64,000 nt of DNA, taken from positions 53,012,001-53,076,000 of the forward strand of contig NC_086097.1 of NCBI RefSeq assembly GCF_963921235.1. Direction: 5' to 3'. Source of the DNA: Mobula hypostoma. Its lineage: Eukaryota. The notes beneath the pieces are model-generated. The model had not been told where the DNA came from. It made no database searches and worked only from the letters and a program-made list of their open reading frames with translations. The position numbers and the translations under genes were made by a program. Within the stretch, counting starts at the first letter, position 1; the number at the start of each line of letters is the position of its first letter. Positions 53,801 to 64,000 of this stretch are shown here, one piece after another.

Positions 53801-56800
53801 TGAAAATGTTCTATATTTCTAGTCGTAGTTGTTAAGAGGACAGTATGCCTCAGCTTAGTGGAAATTATTGCTCCTACTTTACATAAGACCTTCAATACTA
53901 CTAGGCTTTTCAACAAGCCTCCCTTGATCCCAGTTGGCCAAACATCCACTCCTGTCTACTGGGCATTCGTTGCTTTCCAGCCAGGCAGAACAGTCTCTAG
54001 TTAAATTATCCCAGGCCTTCTACGTGGGCCAGAAAATCTTTGCCTTGATTTCTGCCCTTATGATCTGCATGCATTTGAAATTTATTTAGGATTAAAGCCA
54101 GTATCTCAATATGGCTGAAGACATTATTACCTTCAGAGGTGGAAACAGTGCATTATAAATAGTGCTTGACACTTTTCACAGTTAATTCATCTTTGCACTT
54201 TATTGATTTGGAAAAATGTCAATATTACTCCATGTTTAATCTTAATACCTTGTCATAAATGAATTCTTAACTGTTTGCACCTTAGAATGAAAACAACTTC
54301 AGTCACAGAACAATAGAATTTTAGTTTTGTTTATTCATTGCCTTCACTTTGGAAGAATTTTGGTGAGAGGTTACCTGGGTGTATTCTAACCTTATTTTTT
54401 ATTTTATCTCTTTAGACAAAAGAATTCATTGATGGATGCTTGAAAAATGGAGGTAAAGATTCAGTTTGTTTAGATCACCTTTAATGTATTCTGAAGAAAT
54501 GTGGAACATGATAATGTACCTGGCTGCTTTATTATTTTTCAGGAAAAGTTCTTTTACATGGAAATGCAGGTATTTCTCGAAGGTAGGAACATGATTAGCT
54601 TTTGGAGTTAAAACCTATTTTTCTTATCCTATATTAAAAGGTAATCTACTGACTTTTTTTTCTGTTCTCCAGTGCAGCCTTGGTCATAGCATATGTTATG
54701 GAAACATTTGGAGTTAAGTATAGGTAAGAGGTGAATGAGTGTAAAAAATTAATCTGGATAATAATGTCAATGATGATCAGGTTTGGCTTTATTCCACTGA
54801 CTTAGAAGCCATGAAATTTTGAGCAACTCTTATGTGGCCGCAATGCAGTATAGACATAAAAATTACTGTAAATTAAAAAATAAATGATGCAAAGAAAAAT
54901 AACAAAGTAGTGTTCTACCTCCTCCCCAATAGTAGTCATGAGAAGAGGCCATACCATGGATGGAGAGGGTCCTTAATTGTGGATGCCAACATCTGAGGCA
55001 CTGCTTCTTGAAGAAGGCATATATTGGAGAGGGTTGTGTCCATGGTGAAAGTTGGCTGAGTCCACCACCTTCTGCAGCCTCTTGTGATCCTGTCCATTGG
55101 AGCCTCCACAACAGGCCAAGTGCATTGGCCTGTACATCTATTGAAATTTGCAAGTCTTTGGAGACATGCCGAATTTCCTCAAACTCCTAACAAAGAAGAC
55201 TAACATGCCTAGCACGCCTTGGTGATTGCATTAATGTGATGGGCCTAGGATAGGTATTTCCTGATGCCCACAAACTTGATGTTGCTTGCCGTTCAGCTTC
55301 TGACCCCTCAATGAGGATTGATGTATGTTCTCCTGACTTCCCCTTCCTGATGTCCACAATCAAGTCCTTGGTCTTGTAGATGTTGAGTCTGAAATTGGTG
55401 TTGCCATGTCACTCAACAAGCTTCACCCCTATGCACCTCCTTGTTCCCATCTAAGATTTTACCAATAACAGTAACGTCATCTGCAAATTTATACATGGAA
55501 TTTAGCCACAGTCATAAGTGTGGCAAGAGTAGAGCAGTGGGCTAAGTATGCTTCTTTGAGATGCACCTGTATTAGAATCTAACAATACTGATGCTGAAGA
55601 AGAGGAATATAAATATTGAACGCATCCAGTTCATTATAATTTAGAGTAGAGCAAGTTTACATAAATTGAAGCCAATTAAAGCTAATTTGAACTGATTTCA
55701 ATGTTGTCGTCTTACACAGTAATTAACATGTTATTACAATTGTTAATTGAGTAGTGTAGTTGAAAATTATTTTAATTTTTGCTGTTATGTTGTACTGTCA
55801 GTGTCTTTCCGGACAGGTTAAATGACTTGTATTGTGATTGTGGTCATGTAAGGTTTGTAGATTTTTTACAAAATCAGTGCTGCTTGATAAATTACAGAAG
55901 CTGAGTTTAATTTTGCTTGGTATCAAAACATCCGCAGCTTTGGTACCATGTAAATATACTGACCTGTAGGTCACAGCCAGTTTTCAAGTTTTTATTCATC
56001 ATAGAACTAAAGAATTAAAATATGTTTTGAACAATATACTAACTAGTATTGCACTACTTCAAAAGTTTGCTTAAAAAATCAAGGATTCTGCTCACATTGT
56101 GCAGTGCACTGGAAAGTTTCCTTCCTGCCTACTGCTTTCAGTAGTCTGGTAGACAAGTTATTTAATGTATATATATTTCATAGCATTTTGTTTAGTTACT
56201 CTGTCAGTTTTGAGTCAGTAGTCCAGAATTAATCCCACTGTCCTATTGTCATGCCATAGTATTGTCCTCCATGAGTAATGAATTTGACTTCAACTACTCC
56301 CTATAATGTTATACTCTGCTGCAACAATGTAGTTTATTCTATTTTCTTTTACTTTCAAAGTGAAAACTCTATGCTATCTGACTATCTTCACCCTTATATT
56401 TGACATTAAATACAATTTTGTTTCTTATGAATGAGTCCATGTCAGGTTTTAAAATGGAACCAGCTCCAACCCAGGCAGTACACCATTTCTGATCAGGGAT
56501 AAAGCAATTGAAATTTCCCTTGGGTGATATTCCAAATTTTCCAGCTTGTGTTGTAATGTTAACCACTAATGAATCACATCTCAAGGTATCTATTATTTTC
56601 GTTAAACCTAACTGAAACGATCTGTGATCAGTAGCCTTTGCAGAGAGAAAACTAAATATTTCTCCAAGGAGACAGAGTTATTGAGTGAATCATTAATGGA
56701 CTAGTTCACCTGTCTCAGGGAGTAGTGGGAAAAAGTTTGAAAGTAAATATGTATATGTTTGAATGGTGAGCAAGTATAATATATGTTTGAGAGATCTTCA

Positions 56801-59800
56801 TGGATATGTTCATTTCTTTAGGGATGCCTTTACCTATGTTCAGGAAAGGAGATTTTGTATTAATCCAAATGCTGGATTTGTCCATCAGTTACAGGTATTT
56901 AGCCTTTAACATTTTATCAGAATTAATAGTTTGTAACAAATGTACAATTTATTTTAGTATTATGCTTATAAAGTTCACAGTAAAATTTATTATCAAGAGT
57001 ACATACGTGTCACCACATACAACCCTGAGATTCTTTTTCTGTGGGTATATTTAGCAAATCTATAGAACTATAACTGTAAACAAACTGTGCAAATGCAGAT
57101 ATAAATAATGAGCATGAAATAACAATGTAACAGAGTCCTTAAATGAGCTATCCCCTTTTGTTCAAGAGTCTGAGGGTTAAGGGGGTAGTAACTGTTCTTG
57201 AACCTGGTGGTGTGAGTTCTGAGGCACCTGTACCTTCTACCTGATGGCAGTAGCAAGAAAAGAGTGTGGCTTGAGTGATGAAGATTTTCGATGATAGATA
57301 TTGCTTTTCTATGGCAACGTTTCATGTAGATGCACTCAATGGTTGGGAGGGTTTTACCTGTGATATATTCAGCTGAATCCACTACTTTTTGTAGGATTTT
57401 GCACTCAAAGGCATTGGTGTTCCCATACTAGGCTGTAATGCAGCAAGTCAGCACACTTTCCACCACACATCTATAGAAGTTCGCCAAGGTTTTCGATGAC
57501 ATGCCAAACCTCTGCAGACTCCTGAGGAAGTAAAGGCACTGTCATGCTTTCTTCACAATAATATTTAATGATGGGTCCAGGACAGGTTCTCTGAAATAGT
57601 GACATCCAGGAATGTAAAGTTGCTGACCCTCTCTCCCTCTGATCCTCCAATGATCACTGGTTCATGGACCTCTGGTTTCCCTCTCCTGAAGTCTACAATC
57701 ATTTTCTTGGTCTTATTCACACTGAGTGAGTATTTTTTGTTATTACACCACTCGGCCAAATTTTCAGACGTCCTCCTGTTTACTGATTCATGATCCCCTG
57801 TGATACAGCCCACAACAGTTGATGTCATCAGCAAGCTTGTATATGGTGTTGGAGTTATACTTAGCCGCATAGTTGTAGGTGTAAAGCGAGTATAGCAGGG
57901 GTCTGTGTACACGTCCCTGCGGTGCTCCCGTGCTGAGGGATATTGTGGAGGAGATATTTTTGCCAATCCGAACTGACTGGGGTCCACAAGTGGGAAATCT
58001 AGGATCCAATTGCACAAGGGGGTATTGAGGCCAGGGTCTTGGAGTTTACTGATTAGCTTTGAGGGGACGATGGTTTTAAGTGCCAAGCTGTAATCGATAT
58101 AGAGCATCCTGATGTATGCATTTTTGTAGGAAGGGTAGGGATGGATAGAACTAAGGGTGTATCTGTGACTGTTTAAGACCAGGGTTATTATATGAATGGC
58201 ACACACAAAATGCTGAAGGAACTCAGCAGGTCAGGCAGTATCTATGTAAATGAATAAATAGTCGATATTTTTGGCTGAGACCCTCCATCGTCTCTGTATA
58301 AATGAGTTGTTCATGGGGAAGTTGGAGGGAGAAAGATGTAAAGTGTTGAATTATAGCATGTCAGGGTGGGCAGAGGCAGAAACAGAGTACATATCAAAAA
58401 TGATGAATTGCAACAGAGGTAACTAGTTATAATATAGACAGAAAAAAACAAGTTATTGGAGATTGGAGGATTCAGTATTGAAGTCCTATTCCTCATGCCT
58501 GCAATGAACTTTATTTTTGCCATTTCCCAGTTCAAATGAAGGGTCCTGATCTGAAATGTTAATTGGTTTCCTTTCTACAGATGCTGCCTAACCTGCTGAG
58601 TGTTTCCAGCATTGTCATATTTGAAACAAATGCAGTGTCTGCAATTCTATTAATTTTTAGACCAAAACAAAACTTTAATTATGAGAAAGACAAAACTGAA
58701 AGCACTGAAATAGCTGGTAAATTAGAATGGATTACTTAAATCTTAAACAAGGTACTGAGAGGAAATACAATCTGAAATTCTTGAGTGTATAATTTGGTCA
58801 AAGGAAAATAGAGAGGGGAAGAAACATAGATTAAAAGGGAGGAAATGTTTAATGGTTTAATGGTTCAATTTAATGTCAGGAGAAAAAAACCCAAAGATTG
58901 AATGACAGAAAAACGTTAGAACCCCAAAGCCCCTCTCCCCTTTCCACACACAAGAAGCAGCAAAGCAGTCTTCCCTCCCTCACTTGTTCCAGCAAAAAAA
59001 AACCATCAGGTGTCCTTCCCCACCACTCACCACGCAAGCCCCCAGAGACCACGATCTGCAGTCCATCAAAAACTACTGTCCGTCCCAACACTTCAATATC
59101 TCAACAGGCTCTCTCTCACACAAAGGTAGAGTGAAATTTGATGATTCCCAACCTGAAGACTGAGTTTCCATTTGTAATTCACTTTCTGGGCAAGAGGCAC
59201 TAAATGAAGTGACTAACAGTGACTATTATTGAAAGGGTTTTTGCACGATGAATTGTGTTTCTGTTATATTTAGTAAGTATTAATATGCAAATAGGACAAC
59301 TTTATGAAGGTCATGTGAGAGATTAAAAGCAGGATAGATTGTGTGAAGCTACCTTTTGTGGAGTAACAAATAATCTAGTAACAGATAATTTACATCATTT
59401 CTCTTGCTCACCAGAAGTTGATAGCTGATTGGACAGTAATATTTTGCATTGTTGATGCATGTTATTTTTCAGGGAATTCTGGAGAATATAAGCAAGATGT
59501 ATTAAGATGTGCTAACTAGATGTTTTAAATTTATTTGAAAGCTTAAAAAACTGACTCAAAAACTGTTCTATAAATAGGAATACGAAGCCATTTATTTAGC
59601 AAAATTGACAATAAAGATGATGTCACCACTCCAACTGGGCAGATCTGTTTCTGCACAAGGTTAGTAATTGATAAAAATGATTATGTTCACTGAAGTTTAT
59701 GTTATGGAATTTAAAGACGTTGGTAAATATTTATTTAAAATACCATTTTAAAATTGTGCAAACGACACTTTGAATAAATACTTTCTTTAGTGAGTAGGGT

Positions 59801-62800
59801 TTTTAAAACCATTAAAATATAGTAATTAGAATGCCAAAAATGTGAAAATAGCTAGGACTTGGGAAATAACCGAAATACAACTCACAAATGGTCTGTTTAA
59901 TTACATTTGATATAAAGGATCAATGTTGCAACAACTCAAGTCAGAGAACCACCTGGGAAAGAAAAAAAGCAACACATTCCTGAAAAGTTCTTAGTAGTTG
60001 TTCTTTTCAGTATTTTCGATGTATTGCAGAACATCACAAGCTGACAACTGGGAAATTTGGAGATAATTTACTCTTTAATACTTTGTTGGCAATATGCTCA
60101 TTTCTTTCCTTCCTGAATGTTATAAAAAGAACTTTTCTTGTTGGCGTCAGCAGCAGTCTTTTGGTGAGCCACAACCAGTTCTGATTCTGTGCCTTGAGTG
60201 AAAAGAACAGGACCGTTTACTGTACTTGAGAGACAGCTCCTCTAATCAGAATTAAGCATGAAGATGAGAATTTAATCCTTTCAGTCTGAAGGTGAAATTA
60301 TTAGTGCTGAAGTGTTCTTGTATTCAATAGTGGCAATCCCTTCTTGTTCCTTGGGAGGGCCATGTTATCCTATTATTAAATTAGCTCCTTTGTTCAAAAT
60401 CTTCAAGTTTCTGTTTTATGGTTTGGTTTTCATTATTTCCTTCCTTTGGCCAAAGGGCCTCTTTATTTAAATTGGACGCCTTTGTTTTCCAGGAAGCCTC
60501 TCATGATTAAAGCATATACTGTATAATGCAAAGTAGAAATTGTAAATCGCTGAGAATTCATAATGGAACCAGTGTCTGCTGAACTTGGTTTTGTACTGGA
60601 CAGTAAAATATCTACCTATACTGCATTGTTCCTGTTTCTTCATAGAAGGGCTCTTGATGAAAATCCTCATGTGTCATCAGTTATGAAAGGGATATGAAAA
60701 GTTTTGCGTAATTTGCTTCATTTCCTCCTTAGGATTTAATTCTGAAGCTGCATACCAAGCCTTTGATTACAATCTTTCTAAAGATTGTCATTGTAAACTT
60801 TGACCTGGCAGTTCTGATTTCATAAGGAGTTGTTCATTATTTCAATTGCTGCTGGCTTAAGCATCTAGTCTTCCAGTGATACGATCTCTGATTTGATTTT
60901 GGAAATATTCTTGTTCTGTTGTATGGTTGGTAATAGATATATAATCTATATGTAAATGCAACACAATCTTTTCCTTTTTTAGTTGTTCTCAGGATGTGAG
61001 CGCTACTGGAAATGCAGCATTTATCACCCATCCTTAATTGCCCTGAGAAGGCCATCTCCTTTTAACTGCTGGCAATCCTTCTGCTGATGGTATTCACACA
61101 AAAGTGTTAGGTAGGGTATTTCCTAGTTCTCAATGGCTGTTGACTTCTGCAGACCATACATCTGGTGTGGCCATCTCAACACAAAGATTAGCAAGATGTT
61201 TGCTTGAACATATAGAATTGATTCATTTGTGTGAAAATATATTTTTGAGTAATGTCAGTTGCTCTACGGATATTGCTTCATTATGCCAAACTCAACAGTA
61301 CCTGCAAGGCTCCTACTGGCAGTAATTTCTGCACTTAAACCCATGCAATAGTGCTTTGTTATTCAGTCAACTGTTTACATGGTGCTTGTTTATGGCTGTA
61401 AGCATTTGATTAGACTTTTTTAACTTAGAATTTCTGTTGATTCTTTCTCGGTTTACATCAATCAAAATCCCAGATTAATGGTGGATGATCCAGAGATTCC
61501 TGTTTAGATCTGTAAAAGCTTTCATTTTCCTTCTCTAAGACACCACCGAGTTCGATGGCTGTGGACGATGCTATAATGAAGTGGATTTACTTGTAGGATA
61601 GTCTTTCTTTCAATGTGTACACCCTTCATCAGATCAAGAATCTAACACTTTCCTCAAAGATAAATAACTTGCTTCGTTTTTTTAAAAAAAAAGCTGATTT
61701 GGCAGTCTACGGGAAGTTTTTAACACACATTGAAAAAAATGTCAATTTAGTAAATCTGGAGATAATTAACTTCAAAAACCTGTTATGACATAGTATTTCC
61801 TATCAAGAATCTAACCAGGCTTGTAAGCTGAAAAATGTTTTGTTATCCTCATTCTATGTATATAGTAAACTAAACAACTTGGCTGAGCCATGAATGGCCA
61901 CCTTTGTTATCATTGCTACAAGGACACATCTTGCTTCCCTTTTTGTCTGCAGTTAATAATGTGTAAAATTTTCAACTTTGTTTCTGGTTTTATTTAATGT
62001 TTTCCTCAAAAGAAGTTTAGAGATTTCAACTGGATCCTTCACATATGCAAAAACAATGCCAGTTATGGTAATGTTAATGTGCAAAGTATTCTTGAGCTTC
62101 TGTTGCAGTAGATTAGACATGGGAAAAAGTGTAACACTCCCAGGTTCATTACCGAATAAGCTATGTAATTGAAGTTGATCAACTGAGAAATGATTCTGTA
62201 TGCCTATCACTTTGGCTTAAATGACGTCTCCAAGTCAGAACAGTACCAACAATCAAATCAGTTATCCGGTTGTTGATCAATAACCATGACAAAAATATTA
62301 CTGAATTCTATACCAAATAAGTCACAAGCTAAGAAGAAGGTCTTCCTCTACAAGAATATTCTGAAAAGTACTAACCCTTTTTCTCATGTTTGTGGAAACT
62401 GAGCATCAAGGTTCACCATTATTTATTACCCAATCCTAAATTCTCTGGAAAAGGTGGTGTTCTGTATGGATATGTTTGGATATTCTTCCTGCATTAGCTG
62501 TAGATGCTAGAGATTATGATATGTCATCATGAAAATCTTGGCAAGTTGATGCATTGAATTTCTAGTGGTATTTGTGGCAGCAGTGCTGTACTGGTTGGTA
62601 TTGGACATAGTTTCTGGAGGGTCAATCTATCACTGCTTTATTCTGGATTCTATCAGGTATTAAATGTTGTGGGAAAAGCACTTACCTAAATAGATGGAGC
62701 ATATTCCAATACACTCAATTACTGTACATTTCCTTCAAGAACATTGGTTGGATGTCCAAGGTGCCCATTCAGACTCCAGGGCAGAAAACTTAATTATGCG

Positions 62801-63292
62801 CCTCTTTTTGGAAATTATAATATTTGTACCTTCTTAGGGACAACCCTCAATGACTGTCTAATTTTGACTTGTGACAATATATAATATCCTGTTAATCAAG
62901 ATGGAATTCACCTTCATCCTTCCACTGTGATCATTCTGATGGCACTTTGTAATATGTTGGACTATCCTTGGTATCAGTATTTTTGGTTTATAATTGAATA
63001 TCATTTTACTAATGTTTATTTCAAAATAACAATTTAACAAAAACTAACTTTCATTAAAAATGTAAATGGGTGGAATCATGTCAATTATGGGACTACCACC
63101 CATAAATTCTTAAGTTTTAATGTATATATTAAATGTGCATTGGAATGCACTGTTATATTTAAATTGTCATTGAAGAATGTGACTTGTGTAATAATGACAT
63201 CCATTTTGTTTTACTTAGGAACATTGAAAAGAACACTGGAGGATGATGATGATTTTTCAAGTATGCAGGTGGCTGTAGCTCATAATGGGTAA
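15834..63292 (+). CDS. STYX: STYX pseudophosphatase, 11 coding exons: join(15834..15890,19238..19270,20355..20408,25978..26075,26756..26816,54416..54452,54543..54582,54673..54723,56822..56894,59578..59659,63219..63292)
   Basis: Exon lengths 57+33+54+98+61+37+40+51+73+82+74=660 nt; all introns GT-AG with consistent phases. Translation: [219 protein letters not shown], colinear with vertebrate STYX as I recall it. Confidence 0.97.
17780..17885. repeat. Compound (TG/TA)n, (CA)n and (CCCA)n microsatellite
   Basis: direct read. Confidence 0.9.
19238..19270 (+). CDS. STYX: STYX coding exon 2 ([11 protein letters not shown])
   Basis: ttttag acceptor, CAG|gtattc donor. Confidence 0.95.
20355..20408 (+). 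CDS. STYX: STYX coding exon 3 ([18 protein letters not shown])
   Basis: tttcacag acceptor, AAG|gtatga donor. Confidence 0.96.
20600..21035 (-). mobile_element. Rex1/Babar-like LINE 3' fragment
   Basis: [35 protein letters not shown]; near-identical to 46620-47058. Confidence 0.85.
22500..23045 (+). mobile_element. CR1 3' fragment
   Basis: GAGGAGAAATTTCTTTAGCCACAGAGTGGTG and the tail shared with other CR1 copies. Confidence 0.8.
23046..24566 (-). mobile_element. Cluster of Rex1/Babar-like fragments
   Basis: [41 protein letters not shown] peptides. Confidence 0.75.
23099..23279. repeat. Three tandem copies of a 62-bp unit
   Basis: TTTTGCCTGTTGTTAGCTGCAAAAAGATATCATAGCCCAA.. starts at 23099, 23161 and 23223. 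Confidence 0.95.
24567..25102 (-). mobile_element. 5'-truncated L1 3' end
   Basis: [17 protein letters not shown]; 9-bp TSD AGAAAACTT at 24558-24566 and 25103-25111. Confidence 0.85.
25978..26075 (+). CDS. STYX: STYX coding exon 4 ([33 protein letters not shown])
   Basis: tag acceptor, AG|gtaact donor; DUSP GITHI motif. Confidence 0.96.
26756..26816 (+). CDS. STYX: STYX coding exon 5 ([20 protein letters not shown])
   Basis: ttgtag acceptor, GTG|gtaggt donor. Confidence 0.96.
27231..28145 (-). mobile_element. 5'-truncated L1 3' fragment
   Basis: [34 protein letters not shown]; 3' end similar to the copy at 24567. Confidence 0.85.
28384..31530 (+). mobile_element. Young CR1 LINE (end of ORF1 esterase plus nearly intact ORF2)
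   Basis: DGLHLN esterase motif; endonuclease [42 protein letters not shown]; ORFs 28660-30375 and 30372-31214. Confidence 0.95.
35211..35796 (-). mobile_element. CR1 3' fragment inserted antisense into CR1
   Basis: TAAGACCATAAGA tail; host sequence GGTCCA..GAGGAGGTTCACAAG resumes after it. Confidence 0.8.
35973..38078 (+). mobile_element. Penelope-like element (RT + GIY-YIG endonuclease), 5'-truncated and disrupted
   Basis: [37 protein letters not shown] (YIDD position), LPFLDL, VIYCIRC..C..LYIGE, RFVEH; 13-bp TSD TGTTTCCTATAGT at 35960-35972 and 38079-38091. Confidence 0.93.
37985..38022 (+). ncRNA. Minimal hammerhead ribozyme-like motif, core mutated
   Basis: CAGTC-CTGACGA-AGGG-TTCCGG-CCC-AAAAC-GTT-GACTG: CUGANGA box, stem II, GAAA box reads AAAA, closing stem CAGTC/GACTG. 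Confidence 0.65.
40209..42365 (-). mobile_element. CR1 LINE of a second subfamily, 5'-truncated
   Basis: [29 protein letters not shown]; distinct CATAGAAA tail. Confidence 0.9.
43191..43653 (-). mobile_element. CR1 3' fragment
   Basis: Intact 123-aa C-terminus; 7-bp TSD ATGTAGA at 43184-43190 and 43654-43660. Confidence 0.88.
43720..47058 (+). mobile_element. Rex1/Babar-like LINE with endonuclease and RT
   Basis: GDLNQ..LDHCY..GKSDH; ORF 45184-46656 with [35 protein letters not shown]. Confidence 0.88.
44267..45056 (-). mobile_element. Solo LTR (Gypsy-like), 790 bp
   Basis: TGTCAC..GTAACA termini; 4-bp TSD CTGG; minus-strand TATATAA (44904-44910) and AATAAA (44327-44332). Confidence 0.8.
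50220..50940 (-). mobile_element. Old degraded CR1 3' fragment
   Basis: Similar to the 40209 tail (TACAGCATG..CAGGTCCTTTGGCCC) and to ACAATACTCC.AAGTG. Confidence 0.55.
51660..53440 (+). mobile_element. Rex1/Babar-like LINE fragment with an internal insertion (52316-52674)
   Basis: [47 protein letters not shown]. Confidence 0.85.
54416..54452 (+). CDS. STYX: STYX coding exon 6 ([12 protein letters not shown])
   Basis: long pyrimidine tract plus tag, G|gtaaag donor. Confidence 0.95.
54543..54582 (+). CDS. STYX: STYX coding exon 7 ([14 protein letters not shown]), pseudo-active site
   Basis: ttttcag acceptor, AG|gtagga donor; HGxxGxxR signature. Confidence 0.97.
54673..54723 (+). CDS. STYX: STYX coding exon 8 ([17 protein letters not shown])
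   Basis: ctccag acceptor, AG|gtaaga donor. Confidence 0.96.
54775..55570 (-). mobile_element. Degraded Rex1/Babar-like fragment
   Basis: Nucleotide resemblance to other copies in the window. Confidence 0.55.
56822..56894 (+). CDS. STYX: STYX coding exon 9 ([24 protein letters not shown])
   Basis: tttag acceptor, CAG|gtattt donor; DUSP PNxGF motif. Confidence 0.96.
56970..58122 (-). mobile_element. Rex1/Babar-like LINE fragment
   Basis: [44 protein letters not shown]. Confidence 0.85.
58201..58613. mobile_element. Two oppositely oriented Penelope-terminus-derived short repeats
   Basis: 58201-58290 (minus) and 58530-58613 (plus) match 37985-38075 (GATGCTGCC.GACCTGCTGAGT). Confidence 0.7.
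59578..59659 (+). CDS. STYX: STYX coding exon 10 ([27 protein letters not shown])
   Basis: ctgac branch-like site and atag acceptor, AAG|gttagt donor; phase matches the last exon. Confidence 0.92.
63219..63292 (+). CDS. STYX: STYX coding exon 11 ([24 protein letters not shown])
   Basis: ttacttag acceptor, ends TAA; resembles human GSLKRTHEEEDDFGTMQVATAQNG. Confidence 0.95.
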
Positions 63293-63801
63293 CCTGTAAC
63301 TACAGAATTGCTTGTACTGGACATGATTGCTGTATTAAATATAAGTGAATAGGAGGATGAAGTGTTATTGAAGATTATGAATACTAGAAGTTGATATTAC
63401 ACAGCACATTTACTTTATTTCCATTTCTCAGCTTTGTCTGGCTACTTCTGAGGAAGTGATGCTGGAACAGAAAACTTGCCCTTTGAGAACAACCTGGAGC
63501 AACATATGCCTGTGAAATTGTATAATAGTGATTTAATTCTGACCGGGAAGTGGAGCAAAATGATTTTTTGATGGATTTACAAGTCTTCATATGCTAATTT
63601 TACTTTTTTTTTTACCAGGACTGCCATTTTGACAGTTAATAAGTACGCATGTGCTAATACATTGATGCACTTTTGATACTTGAATTTTGATTGTATGTAA
63701 GTTTGATAGGGAAATAATGCACTGTGTGCTTGATGTCAGACCCATACATGCAATTTATGTTACAAAGTGTTAATCTTTTTGTGTAATTTATTAAAACTTT
63801 C

Positions 63802-63807
63802 AATAAA
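63802..63807 (+). terminator. Probable STYX polyadenylation signal
   Basis: AATAAA about 510 nt after the stop, followed by T/GT-rich sequence. Confidence 0.7.
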
Positions 63808-64000
63808 GTTTTTTTTCTGATTAGTTTGTTAGTATTCTAACTACATCCTATTTTTAATTAATCCTCAACTATTCCTCAAGATGAGTTAAAGTTTAATGGT
63901 GTATCCTGCACCTTGCATTTTCTTTTCCACTTAATGTCACCAACTGTAAAACTTCAATTTCTCTAAATTTCAAATGTGTATATATTTACAATTATACCAA

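Noticed and set aside
61953..62210. Overlapping short ORFs as a nested gene
   Set aside because: No recognisable motifs, non-ATG starts and no coherent exon chain

Overview
Eukaryotic (vertebrate) genomic DNA; the repeat landscape (CR1, Rex1/Babar, L1/Tx1, Penelope, Tigger) suggests a cartilaginous fish such as a ray or shark (inference). The window holds one complete gene, STYX (a dual-specificity pseudophosphatase), on the + strand. I reconstructed 11 GT-AG coding exons by hand from ATG 15834 to TAA 63292 (660 nt, 219 aa, catalytic Cys replaced by Gly in HGNAGISR), with a CpG-rich promoter and an AATAAA at 63802. Almost all long ORFs in the track belong to transposable elements, many nested with readable target-site duplications (TSDs). 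The most unusual items are a polarised G-rich minisatellite abutting the STYX promoter with an antisense ATG-led ORF, a U12-like STYX intron 2, a Penelope element carrying a hammerhead ribozyme motif, and multi-level TE nests in the 27.6-kb intron 5. I found no convincing new multi-gene system. TE boundaries without a TSD are approximate, and family assignments come from motif recognition, not database searches.
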